From Cycas panzhihuaensis (Eukaryota; Plantae; Cycadophyta), in assembly GCA_023213395.1 (NCBI GenBank), contig CM041465.1:200949741-201013740 (forward strand): a stretch of 64,000 bases of DNA, in the 5' to 3' direction. Under the pieces are notes generated by a model. That model did not search any database, had not been told where the DNA came from, and saw only the letters and a list, made by a program, of their open reading frames with translations. Shown piece after piece: positions 26,501 to 40,046 of this stretch (within the stretch, counting starts at the first letter, position 1; each line of letters starts with the position of its first letter). A program made the position numbers and the translations under genes.

Positions 26501-29500
26501 TTGACGAGGTCCATGGGCTCTATAGCTACTATCTAGAAAACTTTCTCAGTGTTACATCCAAGTAGGCATTCTTCATAAATTTCTTTATCTGCTTCTATGG
26601 TGGGTAATCCATCAACCATTTCTATCTTTTTTATTAATGCTAAGCTAATATAGTTTAAATGGTTGAATCTCTTATGCCATGTTTCATTGTTAACTTTGGT
26701 AGAGGCTTTTAAAGCATAGGTTTCTAATGGAGGAATGATTAGCTTAAATAATATATCACTAGTTATCTATCCTTTTGTTACAATTACTTTATTCATTCAC
26801 TTATCTTTGGTTGTACACTCACCATTATAAAAAATGGCCTTGTAGTCTTGCTCCATCATCTAACTTACTAAAAGTAGGTTCTTTTTTAAAGTTGGCACAT
26901 ATAACACATCATTAATGTACTTTATTTCTTCTAATACTATAGTTATGGATATATTACCCTTTTTAATAGATTTATGGGTAATATTATCTCCAAACATAAT
27001 CTTTCATTTCTTAGACTTATCAATGTCTTTGAAGATTTCTTCTTTATGAGTCATGTGGGTTAAATACCCTGAGTCTATGTACTAACTATCTTCTTCTTCA
27101 CTAGTAACAAAACTTGAAAAAAAGAGTATATTATTGTCTCTCTTATAAATTGTTATATTAGCTATCCCTCTTTGAATATTATCATTCTTGGTAAAGTAAT
27201 TTTCTTCTAGATGTCCCAATTTGTGATAGAAGGAACATTGGATAAGTTTTCTTCCTCTTTGGCTATGACTTCTACTTTTAAAGGCTCATTTTCCTCTAGT
27301 AGTTGCTCTAACTCTTTTAAAGAATTTGCCTTAACTTTAGCCTTAGAAGTTTATTTGTTCTTGACCTTGATAGTACTAGTTTAATCCTTGATAACTTCCT
27401 TGACCTTAGAAGTTATTTTGTCATTGAAATCTTCCTATTCCTCTATGGGATTAGTCCCTTTCCCTAGAACTTTGTCCTTAATAATTTTATCTTATCTCTA
27501 CCTTTGTGGCAAAGGCATACTTAAGGGACTCATTACCCCCTTTCTTTTTTTTAATTGCTAGGAGCATGGTAGTTAGTTAATTAATTCAAAAGGTACTAAA
27601 GTTTTTAGAGACTTCAATATTAGTGGCTACTATTTTAAATCTCTTGATCTCTCCAACACATCTTAAAATTCTTTCTACACCCCTTTGTTCACTTAGTACT
27701 TCCCCTAAGGATCTCATTTGATTTACCAAGTCTTATACTTTGGTGATGAATTCATTTATTCCTTATGTAGGTGGCATCCTTAGATTTTCAAATTTGCTTC
27801 TAAGAGTTTACAATTTAGTGGACGCTACTCTTTCATAAATTAACTTGAGGGTATTTCAAGCTTCTTTGGATGTGATAGTTTTACTTACTCTAGGGAAAAT
27901 GTGATTCTCTAGAGTACAAACTATAAGGGCTAAATCCTTATTATCCTTTTTGACATTCTCCTTATAAGCTTATTCTTCATCCTTGATAGAAGTATCATTG
28001 ATGTCATCATATCCCTTGTTGACAAGCTCCCATATATCTTTTACAATAAAGATGGGCCTCATTCTCATACTTTAATTAAAGAAATTAGAGCTATCAAATT
28101 TAGGTATAACTACATTTCTAATATTTATTACCATTATAAAATCAAATTACCTTAAAAATATAACCCAAAAGTGTAGGTATTCTTGTGTCCTATCTACCTA
28201 AGAAGTTTCTAATCTAGAATCCTAAGTCTTAGGGTCTCCAAGGAAAGCTCTTAGTTACTATCTTGTCTAGTGGCACCTTCTTACAAGTGGCAAACTAGGG
28301 ACCCTATATACTAGTATGTAAGCTTAAGGTTTTATATACCTCAGTACATAGACTGCTATTAAGGTTAATGACTCCCTCCTGATTTTATAAATCCACTTGT
28401 GCTAGGCTTATGCCTAGCAACAGATCTAGCAGTGAAAACTTAAACTACTAAGGCACTCACCCCTTCTATGTCTAGCATAGTCTTCAATCTTCAAAGGATA
28501 GATTACCACCTCTGCCTACCACCTATTACACCTTATAGCCAATGGTTTCCTCAACATATTGGAGTAGACCAAGGGTGTATATGCAGTGGCAACTTCAAGG
28601 GTTATAATCATTCCTTTTGCAAGGTTGGTATAGATGTGGTTAATTAGGGAATTATCTTTGTTAATGATTTAAATTAATGATAATTAGTGGTTTTATTTAT
28701 AAATAATGTTTATTTTAATAAATAAAAATTAAAAAATTTAAAATAAATGAAAGTAAATAAAAAGAACTAAAGTAAAAGGAAGGTTTAAAGAGCTCTTATT
28801 GGAAAAACTTGATCCAAGAAGAATTGCTTTAACCTTCAAGAGTAATCCTACAAAAGATCATCCACAAACACTTATAAGTCCAAATAATAGATTAGAACTT
28901 CTAACAATAATCAATACTATATTATAGAATTAATAAACCTTGAAGAAAATTAAAATTTAGCCTTAAAATGATAAGAGAATGCTTAAACATTAGTCAAATA
29001 AATAAGCTAAATTTAATAACCTATAAATCCTATAAAATAGATCTAAATTAGTCTCAAAATAACTCTAGGATATAGTTCTCTAAGTCAGCTTTTCGACTGT
29101 TTAAACGATTTAAAAAATAGACTCCTAGTTGAAATGTTATTACAAAAATAGTGAGAAGACCTCCTTTTGATCAAAAAACTAAATAGGGTTGGCTTTAAGT
29201 CCCCTTAATCATGTAACACCTTATCATTAGGTTTTTACATATGACACCTACTAATAAGAAAGTGGCTCTACAAACTTCAAAAAATATACAATATAAAATA
29301 AAGTTTTTGAAAATATAAAAATTATAAAAAGGAGCTTTAAGAGATTTGGAATTTACCCCTTTCAATAAAGAGTATGGTCATATGAGACCAAAAAAGGACT
29401 ACTAACTAGGTCAATGAGGGGCTAGTAGATTTCAACCAAAATTTTAATTTAGTTTAATTTAAGAAACACTTTTGGAAAAAAATAAAATATTCTAATATTA

Positions 29501-31895
29501 TTAAAAAAATAAAGATGTAGGGGTGTTAACTATGTAAGGTAACTGTATCACTGCAAGATCAATGAAATTGCTATCAATCTTTGAGTTCTTTCTTTAAGAT
29601 CAATCATCATGCTTGGATGAGTAACTATGTGGCTTTATATAATTAATTTGAGAATCTTATTCAAGATTTAGAGAATGGCTTGTCAAATGTGAATAATGCA
29701 CAAGTCACAACTAGAGGTGGAAACTCAAAAGCCTTTGGATGTAATAAGGAAAGGGGTAGATAAAAGTTTGTTAATTCAAGAATTAGTTCCAATAAGAGTA
29801 TAAATGATAATAAGCATTGATGTGATGTACTTTATAGATTGTGCTCTCTATCCATAGGTTTTTAGGATACCTCACCTTTTAATGTTTGGTGTCATTCTTT
29901 AGCAGGAGGCGACGCTAAGATTAAATCATTGGCATGAGGTAATCATCCCTAAGAGGTATATATATAGATACAATGAAGAAAATATCACAAAATGGACAAT
30001 ATCCACCTTAAAACTTAATGGCCATTTAATAAATAATTAAAGTTTAATAGCAATGTACAAAACAGAGATAGGAAATCATATAAAATGAAGACTAATTACC
30101 TCAAAGATCAAAGGAGATATCTTGAAGGAGAGAATATTGAAATGCCCTAACACAAGGAATATAGTAGCATGAAGAATACTTCAATTAGAGCTCATATAGC
30201 TAGTTCTTAAATTATCAATGTTTTAACAACAATATACATAAAAAATATGATAGGTTGTGGTTAGGTTATGAAAGTTTTTACCAGCTTTTGAATTGCCAGA
30301 AATTTATATTGGGTAGAAGCATGAAAATAGACATGTTATAACTATATATGTGCCAAGGATAGTGTGTTAGTTCAAGTTACACACAATATTTTCTTCTTAT
30401 ATTATGTTACAGATCATTAGGACAAAAAATATACTTGGAGAAAGGTAACAAAATAAAAAGACAATGTGCTCAAAGACTATAATATTTGCGCCAAATGGCA
30501 CCAATTACAAACAACAAATCTTGTATATAGAGGGAAATGCAAGAGTTGAATAAAATGCATTTATTAGAGGAAAATATTAGGTTACACTCTTAAAAATGAT
30601 TCTAGGATATACATAGGATGGTCACAAACAAATAAATGAGTTGAACATTTTTCTAAACAAGGTCTAGTTCCTTCACAACTGAATTGAGCTAGGGTGCTCC
30701 ACAAAGGACACCTAAAATAAAAATATATAACAAACAAAGATCTAAAAATATATATAATATTAATCAAATATTTATCACACTCCATAAAAAAGATATGTAA
30801 AATATTTATCAGAATGTACAATAATGATGGTAAAGTATTCATATGGCTCTAATAGTAAATGAAGGGAGACCGAGAGCCAGAGGGAGCAAAGTATTATATG
30901 AAGGACATTAACGATAATATATTCTAATATTATAAAGGAGGTATTAAAGAATATATAGGGGCCTTATGACCTAGTATATACAGACCAGAGTTGGGCATGA
31001 GCCCAACGTCTATCGTCATTTAGTGTTTAAAAACACCATTTAAAAGAATATTCTCCATTCGACTAGTGTCAGCTCCATCAACCCCAATGTCAATACACAT
31101 ACATTAATAATCCAAATGAATATTATCTAATAAGAAGATGAAAACCATGGCCCATTGGTATGTAGCTCCAATATTTTAAGACTAAAGGGCATAATTTTAT
31201 ATGTAAAAGTTCCCCATGGTGCAATGAAAGCAGTCTTATGTCAGTCCTTAGGGGAGATAAGAATCTGATTATTACCTAAAAAACCATCTATAAGAGACAT
31301 AATTTTAAAACTGACAAACTAATTCTAAATTTGATCCAAAAATGGAAGAGGAAAGTTATTTCTGGGACATGCTAAAAAATCAATATATATTCAAATGGAA
31401 CCATTCTTCTTCATCATGGGAACTATGTTGGATACCTATTGTGAATAGTTAATACTTTTTGTGAAGCCAAGTTTTAGAGTTTCTTAACTTCTTACTTAAT
31501 AATAGTCAATAAGTAGGGATGTATATGCCTTTTCTATCATCTTTTAGGTTTAATATCTGGAACAATAGTGATGTTATAGATAACAACATTAAGATTAAGA
31601 CCTTTCATATCACTAAGGTCCCAAGAAAAAGATAATCTAAATTCACAAAAGAGGTCTTTAAGTTATATTACTTATTTAGGAGAGTAGTTTGCCCTAACTT
31701 TAATTATCTTCAGAGTTTTACCTATTTCTGAATTAATATCAATAATATCACTATTAAATCTTACAATGTCACCTATATTACCATGTAATATGTGTATATT
31801 TATGTATTATAGGTGACCCCTATTTGTAATTTAATCATAATCTATAAATATATCAGGTCTATCATTTATGCTAATAAGTCAGCTAATAATGTTGA

Positions 31896-33487
31896 TGTAA
31901 ACCTTAGTGGTACGCTTATAAATTAAGGCCCACTCACCTCATTTATACATTGGAAGATTTAGAATGTAGAAGATCTACCAGATTAGAGCCTCACGGTGTA
32001 ATAAATTTTCCCATGAATATTTGTCTGTCTCATTGGCTTTAAAGTTAGCTAAGGTAATTGGATCAGGTGGAATTATTATGGTAAGATCAAAGACCCTCCT
32101 AATTTATGGATCCACCTACACTAGACTTATGCCTAGTGACAAATCTAGTGGTTATAACTTAACAACCAAGGCACTTACCTCCTCCAAGTGTAGCCTAGTC
32201 TCTAAATACCAAAAGATAATTTGCCACCTCAGACAACCACTTTATACACCTTATAGCTAATGGTTTCCTCATCAAATTAGAGAAATACCAAAGGAGTGTG
32301 TAGAGTGGTAACTTTAGGGGTCCTAACCATTCCCCTTACAAGGCTAGTATAGTTATCGTATTGATTTAAGATTATCTTAATTAATGTTTCAAGTTAAAGA
32401 TGAATTTTAAGGTAATCTTATTTACAAGCAAGGTTCTTTTTAATAAGGAAAGCTAAAAAATAAAAAAGAAATGCAAGAAATTCAAAGGAAGAGAATGGTT
32501 TATTGAGCTCTTTGAGAGGACTTGATCCAAGAAGATCCACCTCAACCTTTAAGAATAACACCTATAATAACCAAACTATAAGTACTTATTAACCCAAAAA
32601 ACATATTATAACAACTTACTAATAGTCGACAATAATATATAACATCAAAAAATATTATGAAAAACTAAATTAGGCCTTCAAATAATTAGAAAAGGCTTAG
32701 GAATACTCAAATAAATAGCCTAAATTTAATAGATTGGAATTCCTACAAAATAGACTCAAATCAAGCTAAAAGTACTATAAAATACAACCCTCTAAATTAT
32801 ATTTCCAATGATTTAGATGACACTTGATTCTGACTCTTTGTTGAAACGTTATAAAGGAAATAGTGATAGATACTCTTTATGCTAAAAAAATGGTGAGGTT
32901 AGGGCTTAAGCTCCCTTGAAACTTGGTCTTTGGTCGTCAAATTATAGCACATGACCACCCAATGAGTTGTTAGGGGGCTAGGCAGACCTAAAAATATATC
33001 AAAAATAGGCTAAACTTTTTGTGAAGTCAAAAATTATAAAGGATAACTAACCTTTTTTAAGATTAGCCCCTTTATGATGAAGATATGGTTATATGAAGTC
33101 AAAATATGATCAACATAAAGGGAGTTTTGGCATATTTAAGTTATGAATTTAAATCTGACTTAATATATCATAAACTTTATGATTAATAATGTCAAAAATT
33201 TAAAATTTTTAAATAGTGATCAACCATGCAACTTTCCATGGTATGCATGCAACTATTCACAGAGATTGGGCATGATTTGGGTATAAAATCACTTCAAGGA
33301 AGCTTTAAAATTGATGGGACTTAGATCTTAGCTCTACAACACCCCCTCTCAAACTCAAACAAAGCCTTAATAGAGAAAAAAGAGCTCAAGCAAGGTCATA
33401 GAAGCTCATGGAGGTTGTACAACTGCCTAGGACAATAAACAGTCAAATAAACACTGAAACCTCTATGTAAAAGCTTAGAACAGTAGC
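31896..33487 (-). mobile_element. Copia leader fragment inserted between Tat1 protease and RT
   Basis: 31900-33150 is colinear with the Copia leaders at 28250-29450 (minus) and 50400-51770 (plus). It is flanked by CTAATAATGTTGA (31883) and CTAACAATGTTAA (33488). Confidence 0.65.
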
Positions 33488-36400
33488 CTAACAATGTTAA
33501 AGTATTATTATATTCATTAGATCATCATTTTCAAAATAGTCTAATTGATAGAGATCTCTTAAAATAGAATTCTTGGTCTCAGATTGAAGGCAGTAAGATA
33601 AATCTATATGAGGGACATTGATGATCTTAATTTGGTATAACTTTAATTATTGAAGGTACTTATAAGAAAAGAGTTGTTTGACTTGGGAATTCCCAATCCA
33701 AACTAAGGACATAATGAACACTAGGTTTATCAATGGAAGGATAATTTATAGGAGAAGATATATTTAAAAGATGATAGAGTATATTGAAAGGACTCTTGAG
33801 AAGGAAGAGATACTATGAAAATCATATTCACTTCTTGAGTCTCCCCTAATAGTATTTGAACTGATCTAGATGGGAAATATATTTCACCTTAAAGGGGTAA
33901 AACATCAATATACATATTAGTAAAAGTTCCCTCTTGTGATAATTAAGCTAAGTGGTAAATAAAGAAGATTAATGATAAGAAACCTTATTAATGATGCCAT
34001 AGAGTTATGAAATAAGGATGCTCATCTACATGAGTGGGTAATAGGTGGAAAATTATTAGGTGTATTTCCAATAAGATGAAAACATTAGGTATGTGTCAGA
34101 TCTTTCTCATCAATAGGTGAAGAAAAAGGAATAATTCCTTGAGATGGTGGCAACTTATCAAAAGTTTAACTATCATCATCTATTATTTCTTTCATAGAAG
34201 GAGGAATTGGTAAAGGTTCCAAAGTGGATTGAATAATCTTAACATCATTATGGGGAGGTGAAAAGCTTTGTTTATAAAATATCTTTATTATCATATTTAC
34301 TCCTTTGATTTCATATTCACATGAATAAGGAGTCTCAATAGCAAAATACTGTCCTAAACCTAGAGATTAGAGAAATATTTGGAAGAATTTGAGGACTCTA
34401 ATTTCTTCAATAGTTTTTACTAATGCGATTAATTGTTTAATAGGTTTTGGACTTCATTTTACAATCTTCAACTCTCCCTCATGAATAAATTGGAGTTCAT
34501 TGAGGAAAGTGAAAATAATAGACATTTAGGTAATCTATAGTCTACCTAAAAGAGTATTCTACTCTAGATCCAAATCTATAATAGTAAGGCTAACCATGAC
34601 TATATTTCCTTCTAAAGTCAAAGGGAGAGTAATATGACATAAAGAAGTTTTCTAATTTTTATTATAGCCCTGATATATCCATTCATATGGTTCAAAAGTA
34701 TTGTCTTCCAATTCTTTGATAAGATGAAGCAGAATTACATTGATTAAATAACTCTCATCAAGAAGTATTCATTGTATGATAATGTCATCTTTGTATATTT
34801 CAATATAAAAGAGTGGAATGTCATTAAGGAGATGTTTAGATTGACTAAACAAGGTTGTTAGATCAAATGAGAGAGTAAAGCTCGATGAAGAGTTGGGAGT
34901 AAGAACTCCCAAGTCATTAAGTAACAACTAACATTGCTTGGGATAATTTTTTAACAAGTCCATCAGTAAAATACTTGTAGGAATGGTTTTTAGTTCTTTA
35001 ATCAAAGAGAAAGATTCATCCATTAAAGTCAAAAGAATAGACCTAAAATAATAGGACGAGGAGGAACAAGTGGTAATAAATCATAATTGTTAATGGATAA
35101 ATCTTTAAAAGACTTGGTCATACCTGAGTTCTTTTTGACCTTGACCATATTAATCATTCTCTTCGTTTCTCCATCTTTAGGAGGTAGGCAATTCTAATTA
35201 CTAGTTTGTTTGTTAGTGACACTAGGTAAAGTGGTAGGTTTCTTAACTAGATTAGAACTTGAGATTTTATCATTACTTGCTTCATCTTGTTTGGCCTTGC
35301 CTTTATTCTTACCTTCTATATCTCTAAAATGATTTTAGGGCAATGAATCTTTGTGGATGCATTACTCTTAATTTGGTCTTAATGTTGGATCATTGGAAGA
35401 TTGAGACTTATGACTCATGGTTTAAACTACTTGACATTAACTTCTGTTATGATTATCAATATAATGGTATGAACATTATAGAGTCTTCTTCACTAGAGGG
35501 TGAGGAGGATTCTGATGCTTCTTTCCTTTAGTGAGGTGAATGATCTTGGTTTCTTGGCTAGGTTCATTAGTAGGAGGATTATCAATATGCAACTCAATGT
35601 TTATCATGTGCATAAGTGCTCTTATGGATGAGATAAGATAGTCACAAGTTTGATCATCATGGCTAGGCTTAAGTGGTTTGGTTGACTCCTTTATTAGAAT
35701 AGACTTACCAATCTACTTAATACCAACTCGAATTTCAAAGGATTTGAGAGCCAATCATTTATCAATGGCCTCTTCATAGGATTGAGGGCTAAGATTTAAG
35801 ACTTCTAAATGTACATGGAGACTTAGATCATTAGTGAAAAGGTCAAAGAGGAGACTAGAATCAAGGGGAGAATGATAAGCATTAACAAGATCTTGAAATC
35901 TCCTAGCAAATTCATGAGATGATTTATTATGATTTTTCTTAGTTAATAACACATATTTAGTTCATATTTTGAAAGGCCTAGAAACATCAAAATAACTAAT
36001 GAAGGCATCAACCAATTGTTAGAAAGAAAATATTGAAGTAGAAGGAAGATAATAAAACCATTTCAATGTATCACTTTGAAGTGATTTAGGGAATAATTGC
36101 ATCATCACATAATCATACAGTAAGAAATCAATACATGCAAGTACAAAAGCTTACAATGCAAAGCGAGATCTTGAGACTGCTCACCAAAAGGCTTTAGTAA
36201 TTTGGTTAGGAAATAGGGTATAAAGGAAAGGAGGACCTCTTGAGGGAAAGGGGACTTTATATAATCTATGAAAGGCCTCCTAAGCTTTAACATAGAAGGA
36301 TGTTAAAGAGGAAGTTGTTGATAAGGTAAAGAAGAGGTAGGTGGATGTTGATCAACATGAGAAGGATGAAAACATAGAGGATGAGTAAGGTTAAACCATG

Positions 36401-37604
36401 TTAAAGGGTTAACATTAGCATTTGTTTGAGGAATAGGGTAAGAGGAGGGATGGTGTATTGAGAAAAAGGCATAAGAGTGAAAGATGACATAGACTGCTTG
36501 ACAAGCCTAGAGATATATTATTGATAAGTGTATCGATCAAAAGTCACATATGTATGGGAATTTTAAGTATCATATTTAGAATAAGGAGGTGCTAAAGGAA
36601 CATGTCTCTTATAAGGAGAAGAAAGAGGGGGTCTCACACTATATGTGGTATTCTGAAGTGAAAAAGGATAAGGGTTTCTTTTATTAGGAATAGAAATACA
36701 ATAAGAAGGGATATGTATACCAAATGGTAGGATATGTGGACTAGGATAAGGGTAGTTATACTTAGGAATAGAAGAGGGTCTTCTACCAGGTTGGTGGGAA
36801 GTAGAGGCCTAATGAGTATAATGATTATTTTGAGTAGAACTCTCAAGAAGGACATCATAAGGAATAAAAGATATGGGGGGACCTAGGTTCCATTGCATGT
36901 AAGATAAACTAGTATATATGATTATGAGTAAATTGACTTATCATCTCTTGCCTTATCAAGTAGGATAAGAGGAGCCTTAGGAGTTAGGAGATGAGAAGGA
37001 ACATGTGAGTGTGAGATATTGATCATGTTAGAAGGCTTAACTTATTAATATTAATGTTCATTCACAAAATGATCTAATTGTTCATGGTGGTGTTTAGGAA
37101 TTAGATAGGGTGAAGTAGCCATGGTATGAGTGTCTTAATGAAATGAATCATAGTAAGCTAGAATAGGTAAGGGAGAAGGAATCTTAATAAGTACAAGTTT
37201 AAAATAGGGATGAGTAACTTGAGTTGCTTATATCTCTTATTGTATGGAAGAAGAAGTAATAATAGATAGATTACCTACTTATTCATGAGGTAAACTAGGA
37301 TAACCCTACTCAACAGGGACTTCATATAAGTCATTAGGTTCCTCGAGAAGATAGTGATAAGTTTCATATGCCTAGTGCTCAGAGTGATCCTCATAAGTTG
37401 GATAAGACTCTTGAGTAGGATATGTTTATTGATAATCATACTCAAGAGGGGGGGCCTACTGCCTCAAAGATCTCTTGAGATGAGTGTCTAGAGGGATCTC
37501 TATAAGAATGGAGATGTAAAAATCTATAGTGAAGGTAAAAACAACTTTAGAAAAGAGTAAAAGATGGTAGGTCTAAGGTGTATAAATAGGAAATTTTGGT
37601 AACT

Positions 37605-37622
37605 TTCCTAGTATGGTCACCA
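37605..37622 (-). other. Primer-binding site, tRNA-Arg type (Tat1)
   Basis: TGGTGACCATACTAGGAA matches the Ogre/Tat-type TGGCGACTCCACTGGGGA at 12/18, 5 nt inside the LTR. A homologous decayed site lies at 57092-57109 in Tat2. Confidence 0.7.
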
Positions 37623-37627
37623 AAAAA

Positions 37628-40025
37628 TGGTTTGTTGACTTTGGGCCAATCATAATAAGATAAATAAGGTGACTAGTCTAAAGAGTAAGCCTTTTTAACT
37701 AACTCCTAAGAAGGAGTCCTTACCCACTTGTGAATGCATTTTAAACTAAAGGAATTGTCTTAAAATAAGGTAAAACAACTTTACATGTATAAAAAAACTA
37801 AATGAAATCTAAGTCTAATAATAAAACAAACCTACATACAATAACTAAGATGCATTTTTCATTTGCATAAGAACATCATCCAATATGTATATAAGCAAAT
37901 ATAAGAAAGAATATAAGAGGCAAGGGAGATCTAAATACCTAAGTTGTACTTATAGTTATCTTACCTCTTACTCTTTTACTTCTTTTTCTTCTAGTTAGAT
38001 GTACTCAATGGAATGCAAAAGAGTAAAGAGTAATCATTCAATTATGAGCTCAAACCTAGGACCCATTTATTATACTTACACACATGAGGAAAAAAAGAAA
38101 ATTATCTTGCAAATAAGTTGAGAACAAAAGTTAATTTACTTTTCTTCATTTTTCTTATTTCATCTATTTAATAATTTTTATATTAAGAAAATAAAAGATC
38201 TCTAAAGGAAAGAACATTATGTACCTGATGTTTGAACTTATGACTTCACTTACTTGATATCCCTCCTTGTGTTGAGGTAAAGCTCAATGATATAGGAAGC
38301 AAAAAATAAGTGTTGCAATAATGGATAAAAATATAATATCTCTCATATGCAATTCTATAAGTAACTCAAAATGATCTCTAACTAGAAAATTAACCTTTGC
38401 CTATAAGGAAAACACTCAATTTGTCCAATAACCTTCTATATTTTCCAATTCCACCTCCTCTCAAGAGTCCAAAAATTAATATACCAACACTTTAAAGGGC
38501 CAAACTTGTTGAGAATTAGAGGAAAGAGAGAATTAGAGAATAAAAATCATTTAAATGAAAGGATTAAAATATTTATAGTAAGCTAAACATATCATCAAAT
38601 CATGTAATTTAAAAAGTGATAAGAGTTAAACAACAAGAACAAGAAGATTTTTTTTTTGTTCTTTTTAAACTTTTTAATAAGATCCATTAGCAATAAAATT
38701 GAATAATATTACCCTGATGATAATTGAAATAAGACATAGTTGCCCTAGAATGGTGCTATGTTTTTACCAAAACTTTACCATCAAGTCCTTGAGGCCATGA
38801 GGATGATAGAAGTGATGGTAAAAGTATTAGTGAAGAGGGTGAACAATATAAGAAAAAATAGTATAAGTTGTAAAAGATCAATTTTAATGAATGAATGAGT
38901 AAGTAAACCTAAGAATTGAGTAGGAAATAAGGTAAATGTAGCCTATTATCTTTCACAATAGGTCCAACTAAATCTCATAGGGATGGATCCCCATTCAGAT
39001 CTCAAATAGTATGGGAAAGACAAGTCGTATATCATAGAAAAATTGGTAATTTTGAAGGGAAAAAAACTCACTTAGGAAAGAGCACACATAAGAGAATTCA
39101 TAAAACTCTCTTTTCAAGGGTCACAACTAGACTAATCTAATACCCCCGACCCTTCTAGATGATGGAATCAATCCTAATCATAAATCATTCCATGAATTTT
39201 AGACATGATTTAACTAATTTCCAATAAGAAATATACATGAATAAGTTCTAGAAGGTATAAGGTTAGTTGGGATAGGTAAGGTAGTAAGTCATATGAAATC
39301 TAGGTGGTTAGAATTGAGGAAAATATAGAAATAAGTATTTTCTATTAAAAAAATTATAAATAGCATAGTAAACAATGTGATTTCCTTGATAAAACATGAT
39401 AGTTATATTTTATTAATGATAAAAAATGTGATTTTCTTAATAAAACATGATTATCATGTTTTATTAAGAAAGTTACATTTTTAATATAATAAAAAATGTG
39501 ATCAGGGTCAAATGACTAAGAACTCAGAAAAATGATATTTTTCTCAAATTAATCAATATACTAAATATTATTTTAGTTTAAACATTGATTGATGAAGACA
39601 AAATTAGTGAAACTCATAGCCAAAAATGGGGTTAAACATGTAGAAAGGATCAAGTAATACAAGTTGAAGTAATATTAAGTGAGAATTTGAATGATAAATA
39701 AAGTAGTTAAATGAGATGGTTTCATATTAGGTAGAAAATAAGACATGATCCATAGTATCAATCATTGATAAGTGGATAATTATCATCACATATAATCAAT
39801 CATTTAGTCACTACATCATAGTCTAAAGTAACATCATAAAAGCTTAAAAACATATGCAATTCATAACTAGACTATGAAATGATGAATTAGAAAACTAATC
39901 ATTGATTCCTCATAGTAGAAAATACACATTCAAATGCACATATTAGAGCCCATAATTAAGTAGTTTATAGTAAATAATCTAGTGGTAAACCCAATTGAGT
40001 GAAAGGACCCAATTTTAGTGAAATA
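37628..40025 (-). repeat. Tat1 5' LTR
   Basis: Partner of 8609-11057 and adjacent to the PBS. Confidence 0.92.
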
Positions 40026-40046
40026 AGTGAAGTTAACTCTAATTTG

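Larger units (their letters stand above)
16690..31132 (-). mobile_element. Full-length decayed Ty1/Copia element inserted in Tat1 RT
   Basis: LTRs 16690-16964 and 30860-31132 (~78% identical in a sampled block), TSD GGAAG/AGAAG, decayed tRNA-iMet PBS 30846-30857 and PPT 16965-16983. gag ATG at 28134, integrase ORF 26207-26473 (YFMTFIDDFTRKTWIYF...KSDNGGEF), RT/RNase H ~17000-18600. Confidence 0.95.
8609..40025 (-). mobile_element. Tat-like non-chromoviral Ty3/Gypsy LTR retrotransposon (Tat1), decayed, with nested insertions
   Basis: Two ~2.4 kb LTRs, tRNA-Arg-like PBS, gag (35755-35952, HEFARRFQDLV), protease (~34500-34900) and RT with HKTAFIAPWGTF..MPF..GATYQ and YLDD. Integrase C-terminus KFALKWVGPCLV at ~16150. 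No matching TSD. Confidence 0.88.

Noticed and set aside
38713-38730. CTGATGA-N5-GAAA hammerhead-like core in the Tat1 LTR (counterpart at ~9733)
   Set aside because: No room for stem II, no flanking helices found, and the other LTR copy has TTGATGA.
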